Positions 26,701 to 34,319 of a stretch of 64,000 nucleotides of DNA are shown here, one piece after another. Made by a program: the position numbers and the translations under genes. Location of the stretch: the NCBI GenBank assembly GCA_017538965.1, contig JAFYHU010000053.1:4210-68209 (forward strand). Direction: 5' to 3'. The stretch comes from Oscillospiraceae bacterium (GTDB lineage Bacteria; Bacillota; Clostridia; Oscillospirales; Oscillospiraceae). How positions within the stretch are numbered: the stretch's first letter is position 1; each line of letters begins with the position of its first letter. A model generated the notes under the pieces. It was given only the letters and a program-made list of their open reading frames with translations, ran no database searches and had not been told where the DNA came from.

Positions 26701-27916
26701 CGTCCAGCTCGGGGACGAAATCAAAGAAGGCCAGGTCTTTATCGTAATCCTCCGTGCATTTCCAGGTGACGGGATAGCTTTTTTCGGCGGCGTCGGAAAC
26801 CGCGCTGATCACGTCTCTGCCGTCCTCGTCCTTTTCATAGAGGACCGTTCCGCCGAGGCAGAAGGTGATTTCCTTTGGGAAGAAGCTTTCCAGCACGATG
26901 AGCGCGGGCTTGTCCTTCTGTGTGATTGTTTCCGGCTCGGGACCGGCGAATCCGGTGACGACGTCCTCCTTGAATTCGCGCAGATCCGCCTTCAGGGAGA
27001 CTTCGTCGGTCAGGACGGAAGTCTCTCCCGCGGTGATGCGGCAGCGATAAACACAGTTGGCAGCCTCCTGCGCGGCGGCAGGATCGGTCAGGCCGGTCAG
27101 GCGGAGCTTGCTGTCGGCTTCGTCGGCAATATCCGTCCAGGCTGCTTCCCGATCCTTGTATTCCTGCGAAGCATCCAGACGCTGCCACTGCAGGGAGAGC
27201 GCCGTTCCTTCGGGCGAGACGGAAGCAGAGACGGAGAACTCGGCCTCGCCGTTTCTGATCTCCGCGTCGGCGGGCTGCGCGGAAACGGTAATCTCGGGTT
27301 TCTCCTCTGCGACTGCGTCTTTGGTGATTTCCGCGCTGCCGGGAGGATAGATGATTTCACAGCCGGACAGAACTTCTTCGCAGACAGCGCAGACCGTACC
27401 GGCTTTGTGCCCGGGTTTGGTCTTCGTGGCGGGGACTTCGTCAACTTCCTTTGGCGTGTGGCCGAGCGGATCGGTCAGGTCGTCTTCTTTCTCTTCCTCG
27501 CAGCGGGAACAGGTATAAAGAGTGTAGCCGCCTTTCGTGCAGGTGGCAGGAACCGCCTCCCCGGCGACCCAGTCATGTCCGAGCGGATCGGTCAGGTCGT
27601 CTTCTTTCTCGTCATTGCAGAGGGAACAGGTATAGAGAGTATAGCCGCCTTCCGTGCAGGTGGCAGAAACCGTATCTCCGGCAACCCAGTCATGGCCGAG
27701 CGGATCGGTCAGGTCGTCTTCTTTCTCGTCATTGCAGAGGGAGCAGGTATAGAGAGTATAGCCGCCTTCCGTACAGGTGGCGGGAACCGTCTCCCCGGCG
27801 ACCCAGTCATGATCACAGGCGGATTCTTCGCCCTCGGCCAGGGCCCTGGACGGGAGCAGGGAAAAGAGCATGGTCAGCGCCATGAGAACAGAAAGAATGC
27901 GATTTTTCGTTGTCAC
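23759..27916 (-). CDS. giant cell-surface papain-like (C1) cysteine peptidase with Cys-rich repeats, Big_2 and Listeria-Bacteroides repeat domains
   Basis: Start trimmed to GTG 27916 (GGAGG upstream), giving a signal peptide VTTKNRILSVLMALTMLFSLLPSRALA. Three CDHDWVAG..ATCTEGGYTLYTCSLCNDEKEDDLTDPLGH modules. C1 active-site region QGAEGACWAFGNIGSVEADL. Big_2-like segment VSWTSDNRDIASVENGVVTGVSPGTATITARAG. Flg_new-like segment YTVSYNANGGTGGPQG...FRGWSTNADGTGTIYPAGS...LYAVW. Confidence 0.8.
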   Translation of the reverse strand: MTTKNRILSVLMALTMLFSLLPSRALAEGEESACDHDWVAGETVPATCTEGGYTLYTCSLCNDEKEDDLTDPLGHDWVAGDTVSATCTEGGYTLYTCSLCNDEKEDDLTDPLGHDWVAGEAVPATCTKGGYTLYTCSRCEEEKEDDLTDPLGHTPKEVDEVPATKTKPGHKAGTVCAVCEEVLSGCEIIYPPGSAEITKDAVAEEKPEITVSAQPADAEIRNGEAEFSVSASVSPEGTALSLQWQRLDASQEYKDREAAWTDIADEADSKLRLTGLTDPAAAQEAANCVYRCRITAGETSVLTDEVSLKADLREFKEDVVTGFAGPEPETITQKDKPALIVLESFFPKEITFCLGGTVLYEKDEDGRDVISAVSDAAEKSYPVTWKCTEDYDKDLAFFDFVPELDDWNLAPGLTLPTLQVQVGELLEGETGGHIPSEIGEVPLVGSAMKMRGSGEYIPFTFEGGKITDSQLPPVRDQGAEGACWAFGNIGSVEADLIKETGNPSIDLSELYLTYYSAHKYTGLRNQTEDNITYSGNNYLSNGGNNEIAYRTLANGIGPVNESDAPYPYGSPGGTPKYQVTGAYLINPNDNAAIKSAIRNHGGVDAAFFASGYYYSSTYNSYYCDVAGTNHEVMLVGWKDDFPAEHFSEGTPPGDGAWLVRNSWGLNNYGYNGYFWISYYDESLLSDVITAYDAESRDFDYCYAHDSIPYPAGRVDLDANQGISQSFTIVDHETIKAVGFETYSTDLAATVTVTVGDRSSSGNCYTSFAGFYYVPLNSPLAAAKGDTATVTLSFGSPATVAVEGKPNIDSTFANKIKYTASCDGGGYTIGETRTERDARIKLYTVEGSSAGTPTAVSGLTLSGSSALRENEAGSATDYSLSVECGASEKLTATVTPADASNRMVSWTSDNRDIASVENGVVTGVSPGTATITARAGELSVTCTVTVGGTSVESIGINYKTTHNTDFFTFDDASFEGASSGFDVTSETKISFSYTILPEKPSNKTVFWESSKPDVMTVNSASGLGRIQGNGETILTVKTQDGGKSDSLNIIVSFSTYTVSYNANGGTGGPQGTENKTRYIPIWLSTVEPVRDAYVFRGWSTNADGTGTIYPAGSRFNENGSNNGSTITLYAVWQPVITIATSEVPTRTVSADGVTCEVNDDGTVVIPAGTSVKVIESFQYTGSSDDVHTQYPTDLKVWVVRESGGTKTAERIPALDNIMRYSGFSIRITGKKGIRMITSVPTELKNALTSSGLAGYTLEEYGTIVGWADELNGRDLTWENKRFSNYAYKRNTADPVFKTVNGMSQYTNVLVGFTDEQVPRDLVMRSYMILSGSGDQIIIYGGAVQRSIGYVAYQNRNAFQPGTASYNYVWNLIRITYGNRYDSEYRR
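27462..27812 (-). repeat. three tandem 117-nt coding repeats (39-aa Cys-rich module)
   Basis: ccgagcggatcggtcaggtcgtcttctttctc recurs at 27462, 27579 and 27696, an exact 117-nt period. Confidence 0.9.
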
Positions 27917-28054
27917 GGCGAAGACCCTCCTTCCGTCAAGAATACGGACATTTTTGCACACACTTATCCATTTTATAGACTGTTGCTATTTTACCACCGG
28001 AAGAGGGCACCGTCAACCGCAGAGCAGGCGTTTCCAGACAAGAAACACAAAAAA

Positions 28055-28088
28055 AGCACGAAAATCGCTGTGATTCTCGTGCTTTTTC
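28055..28088. terminator. symmetric (bidirectional) rho-independent terminator hairpin
   Basis: A 12-bp stem agcacgaaaatc / gattctcgtgct with one mismatch, loop gctgt, an A-tract before and a T-tract after. Confidence 0.6.
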
Positions 28089-28095
28089 GTCGGCA

Positions 28096-28326
28096 GTGCG
28101 CCCGGCGAGCGCATGTTCTATAGGGTGAACGTCCCGAATGCGCCCGGCAGCGGGAAGCGTTAGCCAAAGGCAAGGGTGTCCACCGTGAGATGGAATCTGA
28201 AGGAAGCCGGATTTGAGGAGTTGAAAGGTCTCCTCATGGGCAAAGGGAGCCTGGTGTGGGGATGGAGGATTTTCTGGGACAGGGAAGTGGGGCACCGCGG
28301 TCGAATTCTCCTTGCAGAGCGGCATT
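28096..28326 (+). mobile_element. 5' remnant (domain I portion) of a group IIC intron; no RT ORF and no domains V/VI
   Basis: It begins GTGCGCCCGGC. It contains TCTATAGGGTGAACGTCCCGAA, GTTAGCCAAAGGCAAGGGTGTCCACCGTGAGATGGAATCTGAAGGAAGCCGGA. From memory these match conserved domain I blocks of group IIC introns such as the Oceanobacillus iheyensis intron. It starts 13 nt after a terminator stem, the typical IIC target. Confidence 0.6.
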
Positions 28327-28731
28327 CTACACGGGAATGATGCATTTTTCATCGAAAAGAGGAATCATTCTGTCATGCGTGATCAGGCGGAAGCTTTCTG
28401 CTTTTGCCTGGGCAAGAAGGAGACGGTCATAAGGATCTTTGTGCACTTCGCCGCTGCCGCCCCATTTGAGAGCGTTTTCGGCTAAAAAATGCCTGGAATG
28501 CAGAGGAAGCTGAATGTACCCGGCGGCTTCGCAGCTTTCAATAAATTCCGCAGTAGTGAATTCCAGATTGTTGTTCCTGCTCTTTCGTTTGTTGTTAACC
28601 TCCAGGGTGGAGACGGCGCTGACGTAAATGTTGTTGTCGGCATCCAGGATGATTTCTCTCGCCTTTTCAGAAAGTCGAGGATCGTCCGTAATCGCCCAGA
28701 CGGCTATGTGTGTATCAAGCAGAATGTTCAT
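28327..28731 (-). CDS. vapC: PIN-domain type II toxin VapC
   Basis: MNILLDTHIAVWAITDDPRLS...YVSAVSTLE...HKDPYDRLLLAQAKAESFRLITHD carries the PIN acidic residues and matches the VapC pattern. Confidence 0.85.
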   Translation of the reverse strand: MNILLDTHIAVWAITDDPRLSEKAREIILDADNNIYVSAVSTLEVNNKRKSRNNNLEFTTAEFIESCEAAGYIQLPLHSRHFLAENALKWGGSGEVHKDPYDRLLLAQAKAESFRLITHDRMIPLFDEKCIIPV

Positions 28732-28970
28732 AACGTACCCTCTGACAGCAGTGCCGCAGCTTCTTCGCCGGCGGCATCGAAATCATCGGGCGCTCTGAAT
28801 TTCCCCCTGGCAATTCCGATTCTTTTCGAAACAACAGGCTGATCAATCAATACGATTTTCACAACCGGTTTTCCATTTCTGGCCACCGTGATGGAATCTT
28901 CCATCCCGGATTCAAGGATACGGATCAGTTTGGAAAAACCGGTTTTCGCTTCCAGGACATTGACTTGCAT
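28728..28970 (-). CDS. Phd/YefM-type antitoxin
   Basis: MQVNVLEAKTGFSKLIRILESGMEDSITVARNGKPVVKIV is a Phd/YefM-like N-terminus. There is a 4-nt overlap with vapC. Confidence 0.8.
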   Translation of the reverse strand: MQVNVLEAKTGFSKLIRILESGMEDSITVARNGKPVVKIVLIDQPVVSKRIGIARGKFRAPDDFDAAGEEAAALLSEGTL

Positions 28971-29098
28971 ATTGGATTCGCTCCTTTCTGGTCATAAGAC
29001 TAATCTGGCCATCTGACCAGATTATATACCAATTCAGAGAAAGATGCAAGAGGTTCTATATCGTGACCGGAGAACGGGCAGGTTTTCTTGATTCAAGA

Positions 29099-29127
29099 TT
29101 GACAATGAAGCTTTGCAGGCGTATAAT
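29099..29127 (+). promoter_or_regulatory. consensus sigma-70 promoter for the ABC importer operon
   Basis: TTGACA (29099-29104), a 17-nt spacer, then TATAAT (29122-29127). Confidence 0.6.
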
Positions 29128-29207
29128 TCGCTTTGTTCAACATGAACAATAATGATCGTAGATTCACGGCATCTGCCGCGGATAATAACAAGAGGAGGAA
29201 ACACAGA

Positions 29208-30374
29208 ATGAAAAAGACCCTTGCATTGCTTCTGGCGCTGGTCATGGTTCTGGCGCTCGCCGCCTGCGGCCAGCAGGCCGCGGCCCCTGCCGCACAGACC
29301 GAAACCGCCCCTGCCGCTGAGGCGGAAGCCGCTCCGGCAGAAGAGGCCGCTCCGGCGGAAGCCGACCCGATGGCCGAGCTGATTGCTGCTGCTCAGGCGG
29401 AGGGAGAGCTGGTTGTTTACGGCTCCTGCGAGGAGGATTATCTCGCCGCCGCCTGCACCCACTTTGAGGAACTCTACGGCATCAAGACGACCTATCAGCG
29501 TCTGTCCACCGGCGAAGTGCCCGCCAAGATCGAGGAAGAGAACGGAAAGCCTTCGGCCGATGTCTGGTTCGGCGGCACCAACAACCCCTACGACTCGGCA
29601 GCAGCCAAAGGCCTGCTGGACAACAGCTATGTTCCCATAAACGCTTCTCACCTGACGAAGGACATCTATAAGGATCCGAACGGCTACTGGTACGGCATCT
29701 ACACCGGCCTGCTCGGCTTCATGGTCAACACCGACGAGCTGACCCGTCTCGGCCTCGAGGCTCCCAAGTCTTGGGACGACCTGCTCAAGCCCGAGTATCA
29801 GGGCCTGATTTGGCTGTCCAACTACAACACCGCCGGCACCCCGAAGCTGGTCGCCAACCTCATGATCCAGCTCAAGGGCCATGACGAAGGCATCCAGTAT
29901 CTGAAAGACCTGGACAAGAACGTGCAGATCTACACCAAGTCCGGCTCCGGTCCGTCCAAGAACGTCGGCACCGGTGAGTGCGTCATCGGCATCGGCTTCC
30001 TGCATGACGGCATCACCCAGATTGTGGACAACGGCTATGAGAACGTCGCCCTGATCGTTCCCGCCGACGGCACCGCCTGCGAGATCGGCCCCGTGGCCGT
30101 CTTCAAGGGCTGCGCCCATCCGAATGCCGCGCACCTCTTCGTGGAGTATGCGCTGTCTCCGGAATGCGTGGAGCTGGCCGCCAAGAACGGCTCGTATCAG
30201 TTCCTGGTCATCGACAACGCTCAGCAGCCCGAAGAGGCCATCAAGTTCGGTCTGGATCCGAGCCTGGTCTGGGACGGCTATGACTTTGCCAAGGCCGCTG
30301 CCGATACCGAGCAGAATGTCAAGGATGTCATGGAGGCCCTCAACGGCGGCGACGACCGCTTCAAGACCGAGTAA
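29208..30374 (+). CDS. ABC transporter substrate-binding lipoprotein (Fe3+/polyamine-type PBP2)
   Basis: Start trimmed to ATG 29208 (AGGAGG RBS). Lipobox LALAAC. Ala/Glu/Pro linker. The SBP body includes ADVWFGGTNNPY. Confidence 0.8.
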   Translation: MKKTLALLLALVMVLALAACGQQAAAPAAQTETAPAAEAEAAPAEEAAPAEADPMAELIAAAQAEGELVVYGSCEEDYLAAACTHFEELYGIKTTYQRLSTGEVPAKIEEENGKPSADVWFGGTNNPYDSAAAKGLLDNSYVPINASHLTKDIYKDPNGYWYGIYTGLLGFMVNTDELTRLGLEAPKSWDDLLKPEYQGLIWLSNYNTAGTPKLVANLMIQLKGHDEGIQYLKDLDKNVQIYTKSGSGPSKNVGTGECVIGIGFLHDGITQIVDNGYENVALIVPADGTACEIGPVAVFKGCAHPNAAHLFVEYALSPECVELAAKNGSYQFLVIDNAQQPEEAIKFGLDPSLVWDGYDFAKAAADTEQNVKDVMEALNGGDDRFKTE

Positions 30375-30451
30375 TTCGATCCGGCTTTTCCGCAGGGATG
30401 GCGGGTTTCCCGCCATCCCTGTTTTTCAAAGTATAGAAAGGGGGAAGATGT

Positions 30452-32161
30452 ATGGCGAGAAGTCAGGGCGCGGCACTGGACCGGAAAAAACTGATGGCGG
30501 ATCCCATCATGGTCACCACCATCGTCGTGCTGATAGCCTTTCTGACTCTGTTTATCCTCTATCCGCTGGCCATCCTGCTGGTGGACAGCTTTGTGGGAGA
30601 CGGCAGCTTCGGCTTTTCGATCTTCCGGCGCATTTTTGCGATGCCCTCGTTTACGCGGGCAATTACCAACACCCTCAAGGTGGGCTTCGTGGTGGGCATT
30701 CTGTCCGCCCTGATCGGCCTGCTTTACGCCTATGTGGAAGTCTATGTGCGGCTGAACAAATTTGCCGGCGGCCTGTTCAAGGTGGTCTCGATGCTGCCGG
30801 TGGTATCGCCGCCCTTTGTGCTGAGCCTTTCGATGATCATGCTCTTCGGCAAGGCCGGCATTATCACGCGCTTCCTGCTGCATATCTATGACAACAACGT
30901 CTACGGCTACTGGGGCATCGTCATCGTCCAGACGCTGACCTTCTTCCCGGTCTGCTATATGATGCTGAAGGGCCTGCTGAAGAACATCGACCCCTCGCTC
31001 GAGGAAGCGGCCCGCGATATGGGTGCGAGCCGGATGAAGGTGTTCACCTCGGTCACGCTCCCCCTGATGCTGCCGGGCCTCGGCAACGCCTTCCTCGTGA
31101 CCTTCATCGAGTCGATCGCCGACTTCGCCAACCCCATGATCATCGGCGGATCCTACGACACGCTGGCCACGACGATCTACCTGCAGATCACCGGCGCCTA
31201 TGACAAGGCCGGTGCGGCCGCGATGGCCGTGGTGCTGCTGTGCATCACGCTGGCGATGTTCGCGGTGCAGAAGTATTATCTCGAAGCCAAGACCGCGGCG
31301 ACCCTGACCGGCAAGGCTTCGCGCGTGCGGATGCTGATCGAGGACAGAAGCGTGAAGATCCCGCTGACGATCCTCTGCTCGCTCGGCGCGCTGTTTGTCA
31401 TCATGATGTATATCTGCGTGCCCATCGGGGCCTGCTTCCCCACCTGGGGCTACAAGTTCTTCCCGCTGACGGGCAAGTGGTTTGCGCAGGTCTTTACCAA
31501 GTACCGCGGGCTGAAGGCCTTTAAGGATTCCTTCGTGCTCTCGCTGATCGCCTCGCCCATCACGGCGCTTCTGAGCATGATCATCTCGTACCTGGTCGTG
31601 AAGCGGAAGTTCAAGGCCAAGGGCTTCATCGAAGCGGTTTCGATGCTGGCCATGGCCGTGCCCGGCACGGTTCTCGGCGTCGGATACATCCGCGGCTTCT
31701 CGGGCGGCCTCTTCCACACCGGCATCCTGCAGGGCATCTACGGCACGGGCCTGATCCTGGTCATCGTGTTCGTGGTCCGCTCCCTGCCGACCGGCACCCG
31801 GAGCGGCATCTCCGCCCTGCGGCAGATCGACAAGTCCATCGAGGAGTCGGCCTACGACATGGGCGCCGACAGCTTCAAGGTCTTCATGACGGTCACGCTG
31901 CCGCTGATCAAGGATTCCTTCCTCTCGGGTCTGGTGACGGCTTTCGTCCGCAGCATCACGGCCATTTCGGCCGTCATCCTGCTGGTGACGCCGAGCTATC
32001 TGCTGATCACCGTCCAGATCAACGAGTTTGCGGAGAAGGGCGCATTCAGCCTGGCCTGCGCGTTTGCCACGATTCTGATCGTCATCACCTACAGCGCCGT
32101 GCTGCTGATGAACCTGTTCATCAAGCGCTTCGGCACGAGCAAGAATCTCAAGGAGGACTAA
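30452..32161 (+). CDS. two-module ABC transporter permease (FbpB/ThiP-like)
   Basis: 569 aa and about 12 TM helices. Two EAA loops are present, LEEAARDMGASRMKVFTSVTLP and IEESAYDMGADSFKVFMTVTLP. Confidence 0.85.
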   Translation: MARSQGAALDRKKLMADPIMVTTIVVLIAFLTLFILYPLAILLVDSFVGDGSFGFSIFRRIFAMPSFTRAITNTLKVGFVVGILSALIGLLYAYVEVYVRLNKFAGGLFKVVSMLPVVSPPFVLSLSMIMLFGKAGIITRFLLHIYDNNVYGYWGIVIVQTLTFFPVCYMMLKGLLKNIDPSLEEAARDMGASRMKVFTSVTLPLMLPGLGNAFLVTFIESIADFANPMIIGGSYDTLATTIYLQITGAYDKAGAAAMAVVLLCITLAMFAVQKYYLEAKTAATLTGKASRVRMLIEDRSVKIPLTILCSLGALFVIMMYICVPIGACFPTWGYKFFPLTGKWFAQVFTKYRGLKAFKDSFVLSLIASPITALLSMIISYLVVKRKFKAKGFIEAVSMLAMAVPGTVLGVGYIRGFSGGLFHTGILQGIYGTGLILVIVFVVRSLPTGTRSGISALRQIDKSIEESAYDMGADSFKVFMTVTLPLIKDSFLSGLVTAFVRSITAISAVILLVTPSYLLITVQINEFAEKGAFSLACAFATILIVITYSAVLLMNLFIKRFGTSKNLKED

Positions 32162-32164
32162 GCC

Positions 32165-33241
32165 ATGGAAAAAGTGAAAAAAGGCGTGCGGCTTGACCAT
32201 ATTTCCAAGATTTATCAGGATCCCAAGACCGGCAAAGAATTCTACGCCGTCAAGGACACCAGCCTGACCATCGAACCCGGCAGCTTCGTGACCCTGCTCG
32301 GCCCCTCGGGCTGCGGCAAGACCACGACGCTGCGCATGATCGCCGGATTTGAGAGTCCGGACGAGGGAGAAATCTATCTGGGCGACGAGCCCATCAACGA
32401 GCTGACCCCCAACAAGCGCGACACCGCGATGGTGTTCCAGAGCTATGCCCTGCTGCCGCACTACAACGTGTTCGACAACGTGGCCTACGGTCTGAAGCTG
32501 CGGAAGGTCGGCAAGGACGAGATCCGCGAGCGCGTGCTGAAGATTCTGGACCTGGTGGAACTGAGCGGCATGGAAGCGCGCATGACCAACCAGCTCTCCG
32601 GCGGCCAGCAGCAGCGCGTCGCGCTGGCGCGCGCCCTGGTCATTGAGCCCTCGGTGCTGCTCTTCGACGAGCCGCTCTCCAACCTGGACGCCAAGCTGCG
32701 CGTGTCGATGCGCACCGAGATCCGGCGCATTCAGCAGGAGGTTGGCATCACGGCCATTTACGTCACGCATGACCAGTCCGAGGCGATGGCGCTTTCGGAC
32801 AACATCATCATCATGAACAAGGGCGTCGTCGCCCAGATGGGAACCCCGCAGGAGATTTACTATCACCCGGTCGACGAGTTTGTCGCCGACTTCATCGGCG
32901 AGGCGAACTTCCTGAGAGGCAAGATGACCGGCAGAGACGGAAAACAGGTTACGCTGGACATCGAAGGCTCGCCGCTGCAGGTCGAGGGGAAGGACGATAT
33001 GGAGATCGGGCAGGAATACACTCTGGTCCTGCGGCCCGAAGCCGCCACCCTGGCGGACGAGGGAGGCCTGCCCTGCGAGGTCGTGCTGTCCTGCTTCATG
33101 GGTTCGTATCAGAACTATCACGTGAAGGTGGGCGACACGCTGGTGAAGCTGGAAGAGCACAACCCGAAGAACAAGAAAATCTATGCCGTGGGCGATCGCT
33201 GCTCGCTGGTGTTTGACCCGCGCTCGGTGCACATTCTGTAA
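32165..33241 (+). CDS. ABC transporter ATP-binding protein (PotA/FbpC-like)
   Basis: Walker [10 protein letters not shown], signature [15 protein letters not shown] and Walker [12 protein letters not shown]. Confidence 0.9.
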   Translation: MEKVKKGVRLDHISKIYQDPKTGKEFYAVKDTSLTIEPGSFVTLLGPSGCGKTTTLRMIAGFESPDEGEIYLGDEPINELTPNKRDTAMVFQSYALLPHYNVFDNVAYGLKLRKVGKDEIRERVLKILDLVELSGMEARMTNQLSGGQQQRVALARALVIEPSVLLFDEPLSNLDAKLRVSMRTEIRRIQQEVGITAIYVTHDQSEAMALSDNIIIMNKGVVAQMGTPQEIYYHPVDEFVADFIGEANFLRGKMTGRDGKQVTLDIEGSPLQVEGKDDMEIGQEYTLVLRPEAATLADEGGLPCEVVLSCFMGSYQNYHVKVGDTLVKLEEHNPKNKKIYAVGDRCSLVFDPRSVHIL

Positions 33242-33254
33242 GGACGGAGAACCA

Positions 33255-34250
33255 ATGAAGAAAAAGCTTTTGATAATCCTGATGATCGCGGGGATGGTCC
33301 TCTGCCTCAGTGCCTGTGCCAATTCCTGCAGCAAGGCCGAGCCGGAGGCGAGCCCCGCACCGGAGGCAAGCGCCGTTCCGGAAGAGAGCGCTGCGCCGGA
33401 AGAGAGCGCCGCGCCGGAAAGCCCGGCCCCGACTCCCGAACCGACGCCCGAACCCACGCCGGAGCCGACCCCGGAACCCACGCCCGAGCCCACACCGGAA
33501 CCAACACCGGAACCCACACCGGAGCCGACCCCCGAGCCGGAGCCCGAAGCCGAGCCTGAGCCGGAACCGGAACCGGAACCGGAGCCGGAACCCGAACCGG
33601 TTTCCGCGCTGTCTCCGGAGGAACAGGCCTATCAGGAAGCCGAACGGCTGCTCTATGTCGATGCGGACTACGACGGCGCCTTCCGGCTGCTTCAGGGCTG
33701 GACCGACACGGACTACACGCCGCTGCAGGCCCTGATCGGGGAATGCTATCGCCACGGATACGGGACCGGAGTCGACGACAAGCTCGCCTATGATTACTAT
33801 AAGCGGGCGGCAAAGCAGAATGACGCGATCGGCCTGTTCGGCGTCGCGACAAGCATCCGCAGCGGCTACGGCGTTCCGAGAAACCAGGAATACGGAACCG
33901 CGCTTCTCTGGGATGCCATGGCGGCTTCTCTGAAAGCGGCGGAACAGTCGGAGGACCCGATCGAGCAGGGAAGGCTGTATTTCCAGGTCGGCTATCCGAA
34001 GCTTTTCTACATGTGCAGCCTGAAATCGGAACACGAGGAAGCGTATAAGCTCCTGCAGAAGAGCGCGGACTGCGGCTATCCGCTGGCGGAATACCATGTG
34101 GGCCGGATGCTGAAGGGAGAAGAAACCTTCAACTGGTTCTGGCAGCCGCTTCAGTACCTGCCCGAGAAGGACGAGGCGCTGGGCGATCAGTATCTCGAGC
34201 TTGCCCGGCAGCACGGCATTGACATCACGGCAAAACTCACAGACAGGTAA
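33255..34250 (+). CDS. lipoprotein with a Pro/Glu/Thr linker and Sel1-like repeats
   Basis: Start trimmed to ATG 33255. Lipobox CLSAC. (TPEP)n/(EPEP)n linker. SLR motifs include [35 protein letters not shown] and [14 protein letters not shown]. Confidence 0.75.
   Translation: MKKKLLIILMIAGMVLCLSACANSCSKAEPEASPAPEASAVPEESAAPEESAAPESPAPTPEPTPEPTPEPTPEPTPEPTPEPTPEPTPEPTPEPEPEAEPEPEPEPEPEPEPEPVSALSPEEQAYQEAERLLYVDADYDGAFRLLQGWTDTDYTPLQALIGECYRHGYGTGVDDKLAYDYYKRAAKQNDAIGLFGVATSIRSGYGVPRNQEYGTALLWDAMAASLKAAEQSEDPIEQGRLYFQVGYPKLFYMCSLKSEHEEAYKLLQKSADCGYPLAEYHVGRMLKGEETFNWFWQPLQYLPEKDEALGDQYLELARQHGIDITAKLTDR
33427..33600 (+). repeat. low-complexity coding tandem repeat (12-nt TPEP units, then 6-nt EP units)
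   Basis: ccgac(g/c)cc(c/g)ga(a/g)cc units are iterated. This also generates the spurious GSGV/RFRF antisense ORFs. Confidence 0.85.
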
Positions 34251-34260
34251 GAACGAATAA

Positions 34261-34299
34261 AAAAGGTGTCAACGCGGACGATTCCCGTTGACACCTTTT
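34261..34299 (+). terminator. rho-independent terminator after the Sel1 lipoprotein gene
   Basis: Stem ggtgtcaacg / cgttgacacc flanked by aaaa and tttt. It overlaps the GTG start proposed in the ORF track, which is why I prefer ATG 34320 for the next gene. Confidence 0.6.
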
Positions 34300-34319
34300 C
34301 CGAAAGAGGGGAAAGGCTC

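Noticed and set aside
27936-28352. A 138-aa minus-strand ORF and a 61-aa ORF over the 28.0-28.35 kb intergenic region. I first considered a transposase or integrase fragment, or a riboswitch.
   Set aside because: The plus-strand sequence matches group IIC intron domain I blocks much better. The region has no RBS and no protein motif. No B12/T-box/glmS-type consensus could be fitted.
28327-29100. The idea that vapBC is cargo inside a complete group II intron, replacing the RT ORF in domain IV.
   Set aside because: I found no domain V-like 34-nt hairpin with the catalytic triad, and no domain VI or 3' splice-site sequence, downstream of vapB (28970-29100). The TA genes are on the opposite strand and have a different composition. 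A truncation remnant is the more parsimonious explanation.
30278-33517. A 1079-aa minus-strand ORF (starting with GSGV repeats) across the ABC importer operon. Similar long antisense ORFs occur at 1057-3360, 15214-17181, 21975-23417, 25982-28123, 29034-30416, 36006-37706, 40198-41661, 46030-47799, 48465-50174 and 50952-52613.
   Set aside because: All lie opposite genes with unambiguous family motifs. Their translations are Arg/Gly/Ala/His-rich with no recognisable domains. This is a stop-codon-poor antisense frame artefact of high GC.
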